A DNA stretch of 53,817 nt, filler included, from Sphacelaria rigidula (Eukaryota), in NCBI GenBank assembly GCA_964200075.2. It is 5 parts of 5 records of this genome, joined end to end, with 100 filler letters (N's around TTAATTAATTAA, not from the genome) between each part and the next. Parts side by side here need not be neighbours in the genome. Positions count along the whole stretch, not along the records: positions 1 to 10,684 come from CAXNAA020006085.1; positions 10,785 to 21,468 come from CAXNAA020006086.1; 3 more parts are not named here. The stretch is one strand, 5' to 3'. Shown piece after piece: positions 1 to 11,655 of this stretch (position 1 is its first letter; the number at the start of each line of letters is the position of its first letter). The position numbers and the translations under genes were made by a program. The notes beneath the pieces are model-generated. The model saw only the letters and a program-made list of their open reading frames with translations. It searched no databases and was not told where the DNA came from.

Positions 1-466
1 AGCCTCTTTTTTTGTTCAACTAAATACCCCCCCCCCCTATCGTAGGATGATTCCTCTGTGCGCTGTAGAACACGTTGCTGAAAACTGGACGATGTTTCCA
101 TCACAGCCACTGTTCTCTGATACACACATGCCATCGTGCAGCAAGGACGGTGCTGCGGCATTAACAAATTTACCCGCAACTCGGGGGGGGGTGCTATTCA
201 TCGTCGATATACCGGACATGTGCGCCTGTGCGTGCGCGACGACAAGAGCGTGCCACACGCCAGTTGGGGGGATGTATGAGAGATCACACACTTGTGGAGA
301 CCTGCTTGTCATGAGGAGTGAAAAGCGATACCTATGGTGGTGACCTAACTGTTGCTGACGGGGCGCATGGGGGTGCCTCCATGCTGCAACCTCGAGCACC
401 CACCCACCCGCTGCGTGTGTCGCGGTAACTTTCGAGAACTCTGATGTCAGGAGGCCATTCAATTAC

Positions 467-724
467 GGGTCGGACGAAATAATAAATCGTCTGGAAATTA
501 CTTGATTTTAGTGAGATTGATTCGTACCGCATGAATCAATCCCTAGGCTTTGTTCTCAGCGTTGCAACCCAGGCACGCGCAGCCCAGGCACGTGGAATGA
601 CGCAAAAATTGCGTGGAGGCCTGTTTGACCACCGGCAAACTGTTTTCTCTTACTTTGATGAGCAATCAGGCCTGAAACATTGCGGATTTGGTGATTCGAA
701 CCGGAGATGATTCGTCCGAACCGT
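467..724 (+). repeat. Dispersed ~250-bp repeat, copy 1
   Basis: Aligns by eye to 50051-50255 (+) and 42608-42832 (-); shared core cagcgttgcaacccaggcacgcgcagcccaggcacgtggaat. Confidence 0.85.
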
Positions 725-1117
725 GCTTCGCAAGGAATAAGAGTGCTCCATGATCAACGACCTGTCGTGGCATTCGAAACCAACGCCATGCATTTTTTTG
801 TGCTAAAAAGCTTTTGCTTTTATCCATGTCCTAGAACTAGGGCGGAAGGAGCTACGGGCAGCAGAATTGACCAATGATTGTATTAATGGTTACCCACGGG
901 TAGTAAAGAACAGGCTGCCAGGCCCATACCCCCGCTTTTCATTTTCGGCCCTCCGGGGGGGGGGGGGGGGGGGGGGGGGGGTGGGAAAGCGAGAGGCATA
1001 TTGTTAAACTGATGTGAACTGTTTCCACACCAACACACAAGACGAGCCACTTGCGATGATTCAGTTGTGGGGTGGCCACAGAGATTACTTGCCAGACCCC
1101 CTGCCCTCCCTAGCGGG

Positions 1118-1227
1118 TAGACTTCTATTTATCATGCTAGCACGCTTTTGGGAGAATTCGTTGATCTTGAAAATATTGTGGGCTCGCTAATAATTAAAAC
1201 CGTGCTAGCAAAATAAGTAAAAGCCTA
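1118..1227. mobile_element. 110-bp hAT-type MITE nested in the 786-2000 element
   Basis: TIRs tagacttctatttatcatgctagcacg / cgtgctagcaaaataagtaaaagccta; 8-bp TSD CTAGCGGG (1110-1117) / CTAGCCGG (1228-1235); same termini as the 37297-38997 element. Confidence 0.8.
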
Positions 1228-1507
1228 CTAGCCGGTCGATGTATTTCTTCACCCTGATAAACAACCTTCTGCTGGTTAACATGCGAGGCGAGTTGAAAGC
1301 TTCTTTTGGTTGCTCTATAGCGACAAGATGCAACACGTACGGCCATTCGATTGTGATGCATGCAATGCGTTGCGTCACCTTTACGATCGAATGTGACACG
1401 GCAGTATGTCTTGCTTGCCTGAAGGCATAGATGCAAAGGGAACAAGGCCGAACAATGATTGTTATCGCAGTTTGTCGTATGTAGTTGATGTAGCTGATCA
1501 GAACAAT

Positions 1508-1750
1508 CTAAAGGTAACTTGCCTTCCCTACTGTTAGGTCAAGTGAAGTGACTCAGCTACTGCAAGATCAAATGACTGGTTCACGCATACTTAGCTTAAG
1601 TACGTTACCTCAGCTAGTCTAGATCAAGTAACGTGATTCACCTACTGTAGTCTCGATCAAGTAGCTTGCCTCAGCTGATCTAAGATAAAGTAGCTTGGCT
1701 CACCTATGATACTCAGTTCCAGTAACTTACATTCCCCACTACTGGATCAA
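1508..1750. repeat. Degenerate ~28-bp tandem repeat (about 8 units)
   Basis: Units resemble tagatcaagtaacgtgattcacctactg / cgatcaagtagcttgcctcagctgatc. Confidence 0.7.
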
Positions 1751-2529
1751 GCGCCTCGTTTTGTATGGTAGTGTGGAAACAGTTTATATAGGACTTAGTA
1801 TGCCTCTCCCTTTCCTCCCCTCCCCCCCCCGGAGGGCCGGAAATGAAGAACGGGGGTATGGGCCTGGCAGCCTGTTTTTTACTACCCTTGGGTAAAAATT
1901 AAAATAACCACTGGTCAACCCTCCCGCCCGCAGCTCCTTCCGCCCTCGTTCCAGGACATGGACAGAAACAAAATACTTTTAGCACAAATTAATTGCATGG
2001 GTTATACGGCAGCCAAGTATTTCCCATCCCCCAGGTAGTGATCAAAGTGGTTCAACGACCCCACCATACATCCGCTTAAAACCTCGGTGCATTGCTGAGC
2101 AGCACAAAACAACTTTGTATCCCCCCACTGGCCTACCGGTCGAGTCTTCACTTTTTGTTTTTCATGGCTGTGTGTCTCGCGGTACTCAATGCTTACTCCA
2201 TTGAATGACATAAATGTAATCGAGTAGGAATTCGCCTCACACGAGAGTCAAATACCGTGCACAACACACTAAAATTAAGTACTCGCCATCCGATACATTA
2301 CACTGGAGTGTGTTCTATTATGGAATACATGGCCCAAGTAGCTAACTAGCTCCCCCTGCCCAATCCCTGTCTCCCGTCCCCGTCTAGTTTACTTCTACAA
2401 GCTCGGGGATGATGTTTCTTCGTTTTTTGCCGGGTACCCATTGCTCTTAATGAAAAATCCCTCTCCGATTTGAGTAAAAGGCGGCGTCTCGTGTAGTACA
2501 CACAAGTGTTCCCGTGGCTATTACGAGTG

Positions 2530-4950
2530 CTAGAGATCAGTCGGAGCGCTGCTGCTCTCGTCGGAGGATTGTGACAGAGCCATCCGAGCTAAGGGCTCAA
2601 AAGTACTGCCATGAGCGAAAGACTTCGATGGTGCCCCGAAAAAGCTCGACGTTCTCGATCGCATTGACGACTGTCGTTTACTCCAGTCCACACTTCCGGA
2701 AATCACACTGGACGGTCGGGACTCGGAACGAGAATTTCTATCCACGTTATCGACAACGGTGGGGCGTCGGGGTATCGAGTGCTGGTTCTCAGTGGCGTTC
2801 TCGACAACGCTTGGTCGTCGCCACACCCTTGTGCTCCGGTGCGACGGTGTTTCGGACGGCCGCTGAGGCGACGAGGGCTCGAACGTAGGCGAACCCGCAC
2901 CATTTTCCATCAGGTGCGCTGTTCGGCTCCATGCTACTCTGTTGTTGTTGTTGTCGTCGTCGTTGCACCCATCGTAGTCGACGGTGTCGGTGCGGTGCTT
3001 GTGGCACGTCTTTCTGCCACACACCGCTGCATCCGTGGACGTAGACTGTCGATTGCTCTTGGCCCACAAGTGCTCGTAAAACGTGGTCGCGATGCCGGGG
3101 GTCGATTTTTCACCTGCAGAGGCTGCACCGTCGCTTCTCGCTGCCCCGTTCGAGTAGTTCGCCTCTTGCGTGCTGTCCGTGTGCTTGGGCGTGTGCTCTT
3201 GTCCGTCGGATCTTCTAGTGAAGTCAGTCCGGGCATTTCGGTCGTTGTAATGGGAAACCAACAGCGTGGAACTATGCCCGATCTCATGGACGGATCTGGC
3301 GTTCGCTTCCGACACGGTCCGATGCCCAGAGCTACCACCGGAAGCCGGGGTAGCCGAATGTTGCTCCAAGTGTACGAACTTATCGGCCGCTCTTACTCTA
3401 CGATCACTAGCTGCATTCGGCCCTTGTATATCCCTCGAGATGGTCTCGGGAGCGCATAGTCGCTCCGTCAAAGCGGTGAGCTGTTGCCGGTCCATTGAAG
3501 TATTCTTTTGTTGGGTTATTGAAGAACTATTCTCTTGTCCAACAACATTCAGACTCCCTTCTGTCGCACTCGGCTCGGCCGCAGCCATGACCGCTTCCGG
3601 AGACAAGCACGAACAGGAAACCGGAGCAGAAGGCTTTCTGTGGGGGGGCGGGTAATGTAAGGGTTGTCTTGTATCATGAAGTCCCCCGTCGACACCACCA
3701 TCAGCTAGCCGTCGGTTGGTATCTATGCACTCGCTACCTTCTTCACAGAATGGGAGCACCCTCCAACCACGTGAGAAGGCATCGCCGACTACAAAAATGT
3801 GGTCTTGCAGAAGAAGCTCCTTCTGTTGCCCCAGGTATGGTGAGGGCTCCTGGATCTTCAGGCCAGGTTTCACCAACATTCTCCGACGTAGTTTAGCTTC
3901 AACAGCCGATTCGTGGTACTGTACGGGACCATTCCCAGGTTGTTCCTCCTCACGCACTTGGTGGTACCTCGGAGAACTGCCGCTATGATCTGGCTCGCTC
4001 GACATCACCAGCTCCTGTGCACCACTCTCACCGCTGACGCCATACCCTTCGCCGTCAGCTGAAGCCTTCGTACACATTATATTTCCAATATCTTCGCCGT
4101 TACCCTCCGGGTCGTCCTTTTTAGGTCGGTAGCACAAAAAAGGGCGAGAGAATAAAGCAGATATCAAAATGTCAAGGTGTAACTATTTCGCCAACAAAGC
4201 ACACACAATCAGTTACATCGGCCTCATGCTCCTGCACCGCACTTTCCCCCCCTATTCTTGCTACAAGCATGTACGCCTTCGCCCCCCTGTCCCCCCGCCT
4301 CACCATCATCCATGGACCAAATTGAAGGTGTAACCTTTGAAGCGGTGCTATCGGCTTCAACCAATCACATACCTCCGAGGTATTCCTGGCAGCGGCGGCA
4401 GTTAGGAAGGGAAAGACATCCCCTCTCCTTCGTCGTGGGGAAGGGGGTCTGGTGCAAGTCGTCTCTATAGGTTCACCGCCGATGCTACTTACCTCACTAT
4501 AGCCATGGGTGGGAAGTGTTTCACCAAAATATCCACCAGTATCACCATCAGTATCGCTTTCAGCGCCGTCAATACCGATTTTCGCCAGGGAATAGATGTT
4601 ATTGCCCAAGGGAGGTAGCATGGTGCCCCGACTCATAGCTGTCTGAAAAATTCTGTTGGTGCTTCCGTTTCGATACGGGGGCTTGAGAGGGCGTGGCTCC
4701 TCAACACCGCCATGTAGTCGCCGTCGAACGTACTTCTTCATTGCGCTGAGTGATTCAGGCGATGCTGTCCATCTGCGCCTTCGCCCAGCGAAACGTAATG
4801 TAGTGTCATCACAGTGCCTTGAGCGCTGTACGGAGTGACATCGAGAGTTGAGGTGTAACCCCCTCCCGTCACCCCCGTCGCCGTTGTCGACCGCTGATGT
4901 TCTCTCCTGGACGTTCTTCAGTTCATGTGTTTGCTGCTGTTGCTGCTGCT

Positions 4951-4981
<31 letters not shown>

Positions 4982-4998
4982 TTGTTGTTGCAGCAACA

Positions 4999-5046
<48 letters not shown>

Positions 5047-8000
5047 TCCTGCTCGCAGAAATAGTGGCAGCGGCCTCTGCCATGATTCTCTTCGACCACA
5101 ACTCCCGAACGGGGGCACCCTGGAACCGAAGACCCGCTGCTGCCTCGCTTTTGCCTTCTTCGGGAACACCACCCTCCTCTCCGAGTAAAATGTCTTGTCG
5201 GCTGGTAGTCTCCATCCCCTGTCCTGCGTCGCCCTTACAAGGCCAGTGCCGCGGCGGAGTACGTGCAGTCATCGCTTCCTCAAGATTTTCTCGCGCATAT
5301 GGATTCATTAACGACGCAGATGGAGAGACCATTGTCGCTCCTTCGCCGCGAAGACTCACGCCGTTATCGAAGAATTTAGTATGAGCGGAGAAGCGAAGCG
5401 AGGACCAAAGCGTCGTGATGATCGGAGGTACTTCGGGTGGTGGCGGCATCTGCAGGAGTGCTTGGTGCAAGGGTAGACGCTGATGGTGGGGGCCAGTCGT
5501 ATTCACATAACTAAACCTGATGCTGTGAGGGGTGGCGGCAGTCAGCAGGGTCTGCGGAAAGCTGGCGAGCTCGGCGTCAATCTCTCGAGCAACCGCGTCC
5601 GATGTTGGCATCGTTAAGGGGCGAGAAGCGGGCGAGGAATCGGCCGCTTTGAGACAAATCGCGAAGGAGTCGCCAAGCGCCACCTGTCTTGCGAAACAGG
5701 ACGAGTGTCGGGTACAACCGCACGTGGGCCGGGATGAACTTCAGCTAGACGTTCGGTACTTGAGAAAATACGGAGAAATGGGGACAATGGCGTAGGCTCG
5801 GCTGCGTGAAGCTGCTCTATCAACTCGACGAGCGTACGCATATGCACATATGTTTATGATACATGAATCGAACGAGAGCCGTTCAGCACCACATCGAGTG
5901 GGGTGGGATTCTGCATGAGCCACCCGCTATATTCTGACGGTTGCGTTTTCAGCCGGTGAGTTGAATCGTGAAGCGTACACCATCGTGCATGCATTTGCCT
6001 GCTGGACTCCAAACTTAGACATGAAGGTCGAAACTCGTGGGGTCGCAGGTGCGGGGTTGGTGGGGGATATTCCAAGGCGTCCTCTCGAGTTGCAGCCCCA
6101 GACCAGCAAGACGCCGGTACTTGTCACGGCCGCCGACGTTTCTGCCCCTGCGGCCACCTTTACGACGTCCTGGGTTTCGAGACAAATCGACAGAGGGCAG
6201 CACCCGAGAATGATGGAGCAGTGTCGTGCGATGTCTATTGCGGGACAAAGTAGATCTGTAACGCGCTATTTGACCCATTAGCAGTCCACATCCACTGCTC
6301 AACGTCCCCGTGGCTCAACGATAAACCGAGCGATTTGTCCTCTTCCCGCACAGTATCCTTCGTATTCCGGTCGTTTCAAACGACGGACCTCGTTTCATTC
6401 ACTTGGCATTGGCGCTTCTATCTCCGCCCCCAGAAATATATTAAAAAAAAAACATTTTTGAATGAGTTACGGTTGCGGTCCACCTGCTGCACTTCACACT
6501 CCACCTCAGTGTGTCACCACGGTACCCGAAACGACCAAAAATATTGCGATGACCCAAGAGCAGCAAAATCACATCTACAGTGTCGGGGGGGGCTATGCCT
6601 GCGGCAAACTGCATGGAACAAGCCGCAGTAGTGGTTCTCGAGGGTGCACATTTTCCACATACCTATGAAACGGAAAGTTCAACGGCCATGAAAAACAGGT
6701 TGTGCAACTTCACGGGGGGGGGGAAGACATAAAATGTGCAAGGAGTCATGCAAACGCGGCGTTTTCGGGAGAAAAAAAGTAGCCCTGTTTTTTCATCGCC
6801 TAGAACGGGCCTTAGGAGTCTAGCTGAGATCAGTAGATGATTGAATCTTTTCTGTGGACCAAAATGAACGTATGCCTGAAAAAAATGTTGAAGCGAGAAT
6901 TGGGGGTCACGATTATCTTTTTACATGGTGTTCAGCCAAGGCCTTCACGCGGGCGGGATGCTTCCGGCTGGTGTAGTCTCCTAGCCCCAGTTGCCCCCAT
7001 CGATTGCCACCCCATGCCCACACCAGCCTGTAACGTAACCCATGAGTGGTGGGTCATCAATAAAGATCAGCGCAAAGGAATCCAAGGATTCAGGCGGAGG
7101 TGGGACAAAGCGACCGTTGATGCGCGTGCAGGCGTTCACGCGGGAAAAGCTACCTGCTTGCTCGCGGTGGAACTACCATGTCGAGTAATGCCGACGAAAT
7201 GACACGAGCTGAACCACGGGCGGTCACGCTACGCACAATCTGGAGTGCCGACATGAGGGTTCTAGACAGAGGCTTTCCTATTGAAAGAAACACCAAAATC
7301 CGACTCACAACGAAGCAGGCTGTGCGAAAATCGTGGTGAGTCGTAGCTGCTTTGATACACGGCGCGATGCGCCGGTGCCTCTGCTTCAAGCACCGCGCAT
7401 ACCTGTGCCTTTCGCGCGATCATACTCACGAACGTACCTACTACTCGGTTGTGCTTATATCGGACGTGAGCTGGAGGTCGTTACTTACAAGCGATTCCTT
7501 CAACTACCTGTTCGGCGCCAACGCGAGCGTGTGAAAGCCGCCGCACGCCACCCGCGTCCCTTCCGCACGCGCCCCAGAACCCCCCCATTCCACGCGCCCG
7601 AAGCCGTCGCCACCTTGCCCGGCCCCGCCCACCCAGCGGTCTCCACCGTAACATTGCCTGATATTTGTCGTCGACGACCGTCCGTCCACATTGTTTCTAG
7701 GCGTTCCCGAACTCCGACGTCCACGAAAACGCGCGTCACAGCCGCCTCGGCTGCCACCGCCGCAAACACAAAACACATGACGCTCGGCGGCGTATCTGGT
7801 ACGACGAGCACAACCTTGACGAATATTGCATCTAGTGTCTTCGGTGCAGCTTTCCATGGCGGTACATGTCACGCGACGCGAAGATTGCAGATCCTCGTCT
7901 TTTCCGGGCAGCCGTTGCCTGCTGTTCTCGCTGCGTAAAGCCCGTTTTGCTTCTGCTGCGTCTGCACCCAGAGGGGTGCCAAGGGTCGCGGCCGACATTC

Positions 8001-10421
8001 CACAACAAAATTCCCCATGAAAGAAGTGATTGTGGGCCGGACTGGCGCTTCTGCAGCGTATCCTGCGTGAGCTCCGGCCTACCTCCGGGTCGCGCCTGCG
8101 GCTGCGTGTTGCAGAGCTACCTTTTCTGCCTGAGTGTTGCTTTAGCGGTGGTGATTGTAAACTTCGGCCCAACTGGCCGCTCAGGTTACAGCCGGAGGTG
8201 TATACCGCGCCGAATTTGTCCACGACCGCGGAGTGACGAGCCCCGCAGGATATCTGCGCTTTGGGTCGGACCGGTCCGGACCAGATCGGGGAAGAGGAGA
8301 AGAAGTCGGGGTAGAATATAGTAAATATCGTTGTACCTCCATGTTTGCAAAATAAATTTCACAGCGTTTATAGCTGTATTTGGGTTACGCGGTGTTCTGG
8401 TGGGACGTACATATTTTCGTTCGCATTCATTGAAATTCGGGTACATCGCCCGCTGCGGTTCGGTACATATTACGACGCACATGCGAAGTATCGTCTGATG
8501 TCGGCGGACGTTTCACAGGAACTGGAAGGAGCAGCGTGAGGGCGCCACTATCAACTCCCGCAGAGCTCTGTGGAGCCAGGAAAACATTCTCGCCTACGGC
8601 GCGAACGGCCGCTGCCAGGTGCGTTCTTCATGACCACTGCATGACGTACATGACTGCTGTGGGATCGATTACCGGGGTTATGGCACCGAACGGGGAGCTA
8701 TACCTTATTTTTGGAAAGGGGATTCTGGGCCTTCACTCCATAAGGTCTTGAAAAACTGTAGTATATGATACAGCTGTTGCCGATCATGTGACACACTTTG
8801 CTCAGATACGACGGATGTGTGAGCGTAAACAAAGAACATACGATCGAAATACGACACAATGACATTTTATACTGAAATCTGTACATTTTCCCGTCGGAAC
8901 TGCAAAGTTACTATGATCGTTTGATAATTTCTCCTTTTTATCTTCCGTACTCATGCACTGATTCACGCTCCTGCGCCGGTGACATGGCGATCCTATGGTA
9001 CCGCGTGACAAATATATAACGGTAAAGTGAAAAATCATGATGTTCTGATAATACAAATAGCGCTTATTTCAGTATTATTTTCGAAAGCGGCGTTGTGTGA
9101 CAACGCAGATCCTGCTGGACTGCTGAGTGATGCTACGGTAGGGATCGCACTTTTTCAGCGGAAAAGTTTTCCGGGGCTGCTCGGGGTGTTGGACGGGTCA
9201 TTTTTTGTGAATCGGCATCATTCTACTTGAAAAAGACCGAAAATGATACCGTAGAATGATGCCGATTCACGAAAAGGTCCCTGCGTGTGAATACCATGTT
9301 TCTGGAAGTCCGGCTCCCGGAGATTTGGATTACGCAGTAAGCCCCATATATTTGTGCGCCTACAAGGAGAGCCCCAGAAGCAAAAAGCGCAACCCCTACC
9401 GTAGCATTGCTCTGCTCTACTACATGATAGGCGACAGTACCATACACACCACTCCCTACGAGAGATCCTGACCGCCGCTCGCCGACAACCAGGTGTACGG
9501 TACTATAATGTGAGTACAACTGAATGCACCCACCCATCAAACGTTTAAAGCCGCCCACTCTCATCACTGTCATGTCCCACAAAAGTGGGCGCCATTGTCT
9601 GCGTCGTCTGCTGGCACCGTGCTTACTATCTACTGTCTGCGGTCCGGAGCACCTGTCTAGCCGTTGCTTGAGCGTTTTTTGCTTGTCCGTCTACAGCTGC
9701 CGCTACTGCCTCTGAATTTTCAAATACTTACCGTACAGCGTTGACCATTTTTGTGAAATTTTCAACATTTAGCGTTTTCGTGATACTAATTATTATCCAT
9801 AAACGAGAGGTGACTAATAATCCTGTGGATATGGACCATATACGACATTTTACATGCGCATGTGAGAGATCATTTGAACCTCGAGATTGCCATATGCTAT
9901 GACCGACAGGCGAATCTTCAGCCATAGGATCAGATATCGTGTATTCTTTTATGGAGTGAAGGCCTAGGCGATTCTGGAAGAACCGTCCAAACTAACTGCT
10001 CATCTTACGACCAAAACTTGAGGATATGTTTGCCGTCATTGCTGCGCATTTATTCACAATAGCAAGAGAAAATGTCGATAGTAACATGACGATTACTACC
10101 ATGATCAATAACACTCGATATCATGGCGGCATTGTTGCCATGTACATACACATAATATATCATATTTTTCTCCATTGCTGTGTACAAATTACCATCACAG
10201 TTACAGGACTGATTGCCGTGAAGGTTAATTTCTCAAACATTTTCAAAAACCCTGACGGACGTTCCCACGGAAGCAAGCAAGACGTGTACACGCAAGGCCT
10301 CTCGTGCTCCCGCGTGTGTATGAGCCGTTACCTGAACCACGGGTACCCGCGTCAGGGACATGACATTCTCCGGACGCAGTACCTTCCTGCCCTCTGGCGA
10401 TCTCCTCCCGAGCGACAGTAA
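2530..10421 (-). CDS. RCC1-repeat protein with a long low-complexity, polyQ-containing C-terminus (spliced; 5' end probably beyond the contig end)
   Basis: Proposed exons (minus): 10332-10421 (tentative), 7508-8253, 6925-7027, 5999-6169, 4373 or 4493-5683, 2530-4116. Splicing restores RCC1 blades with compatible phases: VPVVQ|ISCGARHSAVVDKFGAVYTSGCNLSGQLG; VACGGFHTLALAPNR|LVWAWGGNRWGQLGLGD...KALAEHH|DVVKVAAGAETSAAVTSTGVLLVWGCNSRGRLG...GVQQ|VALGDSFAICL. Two alternative phase-0 donors exist for the penultimate exon. Confidence 0.75.
4932..5044 (-). repeat. Coding CAG/CAA microsatellite (polyglutamine, interrupted by LLL)
   Basis: (CTG/TTG)n on the + strand; reads as Q-run-LLL-Q-run in ORF 4172..5683. 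Confidence 0.95.
9131..9406. mobile_element. Small foldback/MITE in an RCC1 intron, containing a fragment of the 44684-44885 MITE family
   Basis: Outer IR tgctacggtagggatcgcacttttt / aaaaagcgcaacccctaccgtagca; inner IR gtgaatcggcatcattctac / gtagaatgatgccgattcac. Confidence 0.65.
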
Positions 10422-10684
10422 CTGCACAATGGACGCACAGTTGGTGAGAGGCAAGGTTGGGGCTTCCGAGGCATTCTGTAGCATTAATCCATCGGCTAAA
10501 AGTACCATCCATAGCAATATACAAGAAGGAGCGGAGCACTCCTTCTTCGCTTACGTCGAGAGACATTTGAAGAAATAATGAATCGCAGCTTTTACCTAAC
10601 CCCGAAGGGGGGGGGCGTACTCAGAAGGGGGGGCGTACTCATTTGTTGCTTGCCTTAGTCATTTGACCATTGACCACGCATCCC

Positions 10685-10784
10685 NNNNNNNNNNNNNNNN
10701 NNNNNNNNNNNNNNNNNNNNNNNNNNNNTTAATTAATTAANNNNNNNNNNNNNNNNNNNNNNNNNNNNNNNNNNNNNNNNNNNN
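10685..10784. other. Artificial contig-joining spacer
   Basis: 44 N + TTAATTAATTAA + 44 N; identical to the three other spacers. Confidence 0.97.
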
Positions 10785-10795
10785 TTTTTAAGTGC

Positions 10796-10986
10796 AGGTC
10801 GAGTACAGTATACTCAATTGCGGGGTATTTTGAAAGTCGTACTTAGAGTACACAAATTGGGGGTAGGGTGTCAGGAACCGCTTTCCAGTTATATTTTGGG
10901 TACGACTCCCAACATTCTACCTTAATTTGAGTACCCCAAGAACGTCTTCCAAAATACCCCGTAATTGAGTATACTCTACTCGACCT
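10796..10986. mobile_element. Foldback MITE (~85-bp arms)
   Basis: aggtcgagtacagtatactcaattgcggggtattttg... vs ...caaaataccccgtaattgagtatactctactcgacct. Confidence 0.8.
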
Positions 10987-11618
10987 ACCCTTGGAAATTT
11001 TCTTCAGATATACTTCTTCGGGCAAGTCGACAACGAAATCCAATGTCTCGGTCGAGAGAAGTAGACAGACCCGGAACACTGTCCCGCTGATGCGACCTCT
11101 TCCCACCGCGCTACAAAGTGTAACCATGACCAGCTTCGATCGCAGTCTCGCCGTGTAGCTCCCGACCGCCATGTGTTTGGCATGTTTTGGTTGTGCTCCT
11201 CCGGGACGGCCGCCAACGGTGACTGTGTAGCTAATTGAAAGGATTTATTACTCGTGTTTGGCGGTGGTTCGGCACGGGCAAATACACACACGTGTACTTA
11301 CGGCTCTTGCTGACGAACGGGTCAGTCCTTTATAATGACGGTTCTTCCACATTTTCCTGTCGAATCGGATTTTTTCCCGCCATTTCCCCCAAAACAGTTG
11401 CTGGAAAAGTATCCCGGTGCTAGAATGTCGGAGATATCTGTTGTAGACAGTCTTGAATCAATCTATTGCCTGGCCTGGCCTGGTTGGAAAATCTGCTCTC
11501 ACATTTTCGGACATGAAGTTTTTTTCTCCGACAAATATGGAGATTTCCCGGGGGGGGGGGGGGGGGGCGCAAACAGGAAAGAACTCCGAAACCAGGATTA
11601 TACCTTACTTAGGGGGGG

Positions 11619-11655
<37 letters not shown>

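Larger units (their letters stand above)
786..2000. mobile_element. Non-autonomous DNA transposon with ~175-bp terminal inverted repeats
   Basis: 786-960 is the imperfect reverse complement of ~1822-2000 (e.g. caggctgccaggcccatacccccg vs cgggggtatgggcctggcagcctg). No clear TSD. Confidence 0.75.

Noticed and set aside
4848-5384. Poly-Cys, poly-Leu and poly-Ser ORFs; similar homopolymer ORFs at 38117-38617 and 49043-49270
   Set aside because: Alternative-frame or antisense readings of microsatellites.
7150-7402. Extra RCC1-gene exon in ORF 7150..7389
   Set aside because: No RCC1 motif; direct splicing of 7508 to 7027 already gives a complete blade in the correct phase.
8481-8611. Alternative upstream RCC1 exon (AVRAVGENVF...LLLPVPVK...SH|gtgcgt)
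   Set aside because: Its donor is phase-compatible, but 10332-10421 has a stronger donor and a better RCC1 fit. Unresolved without RNA data.
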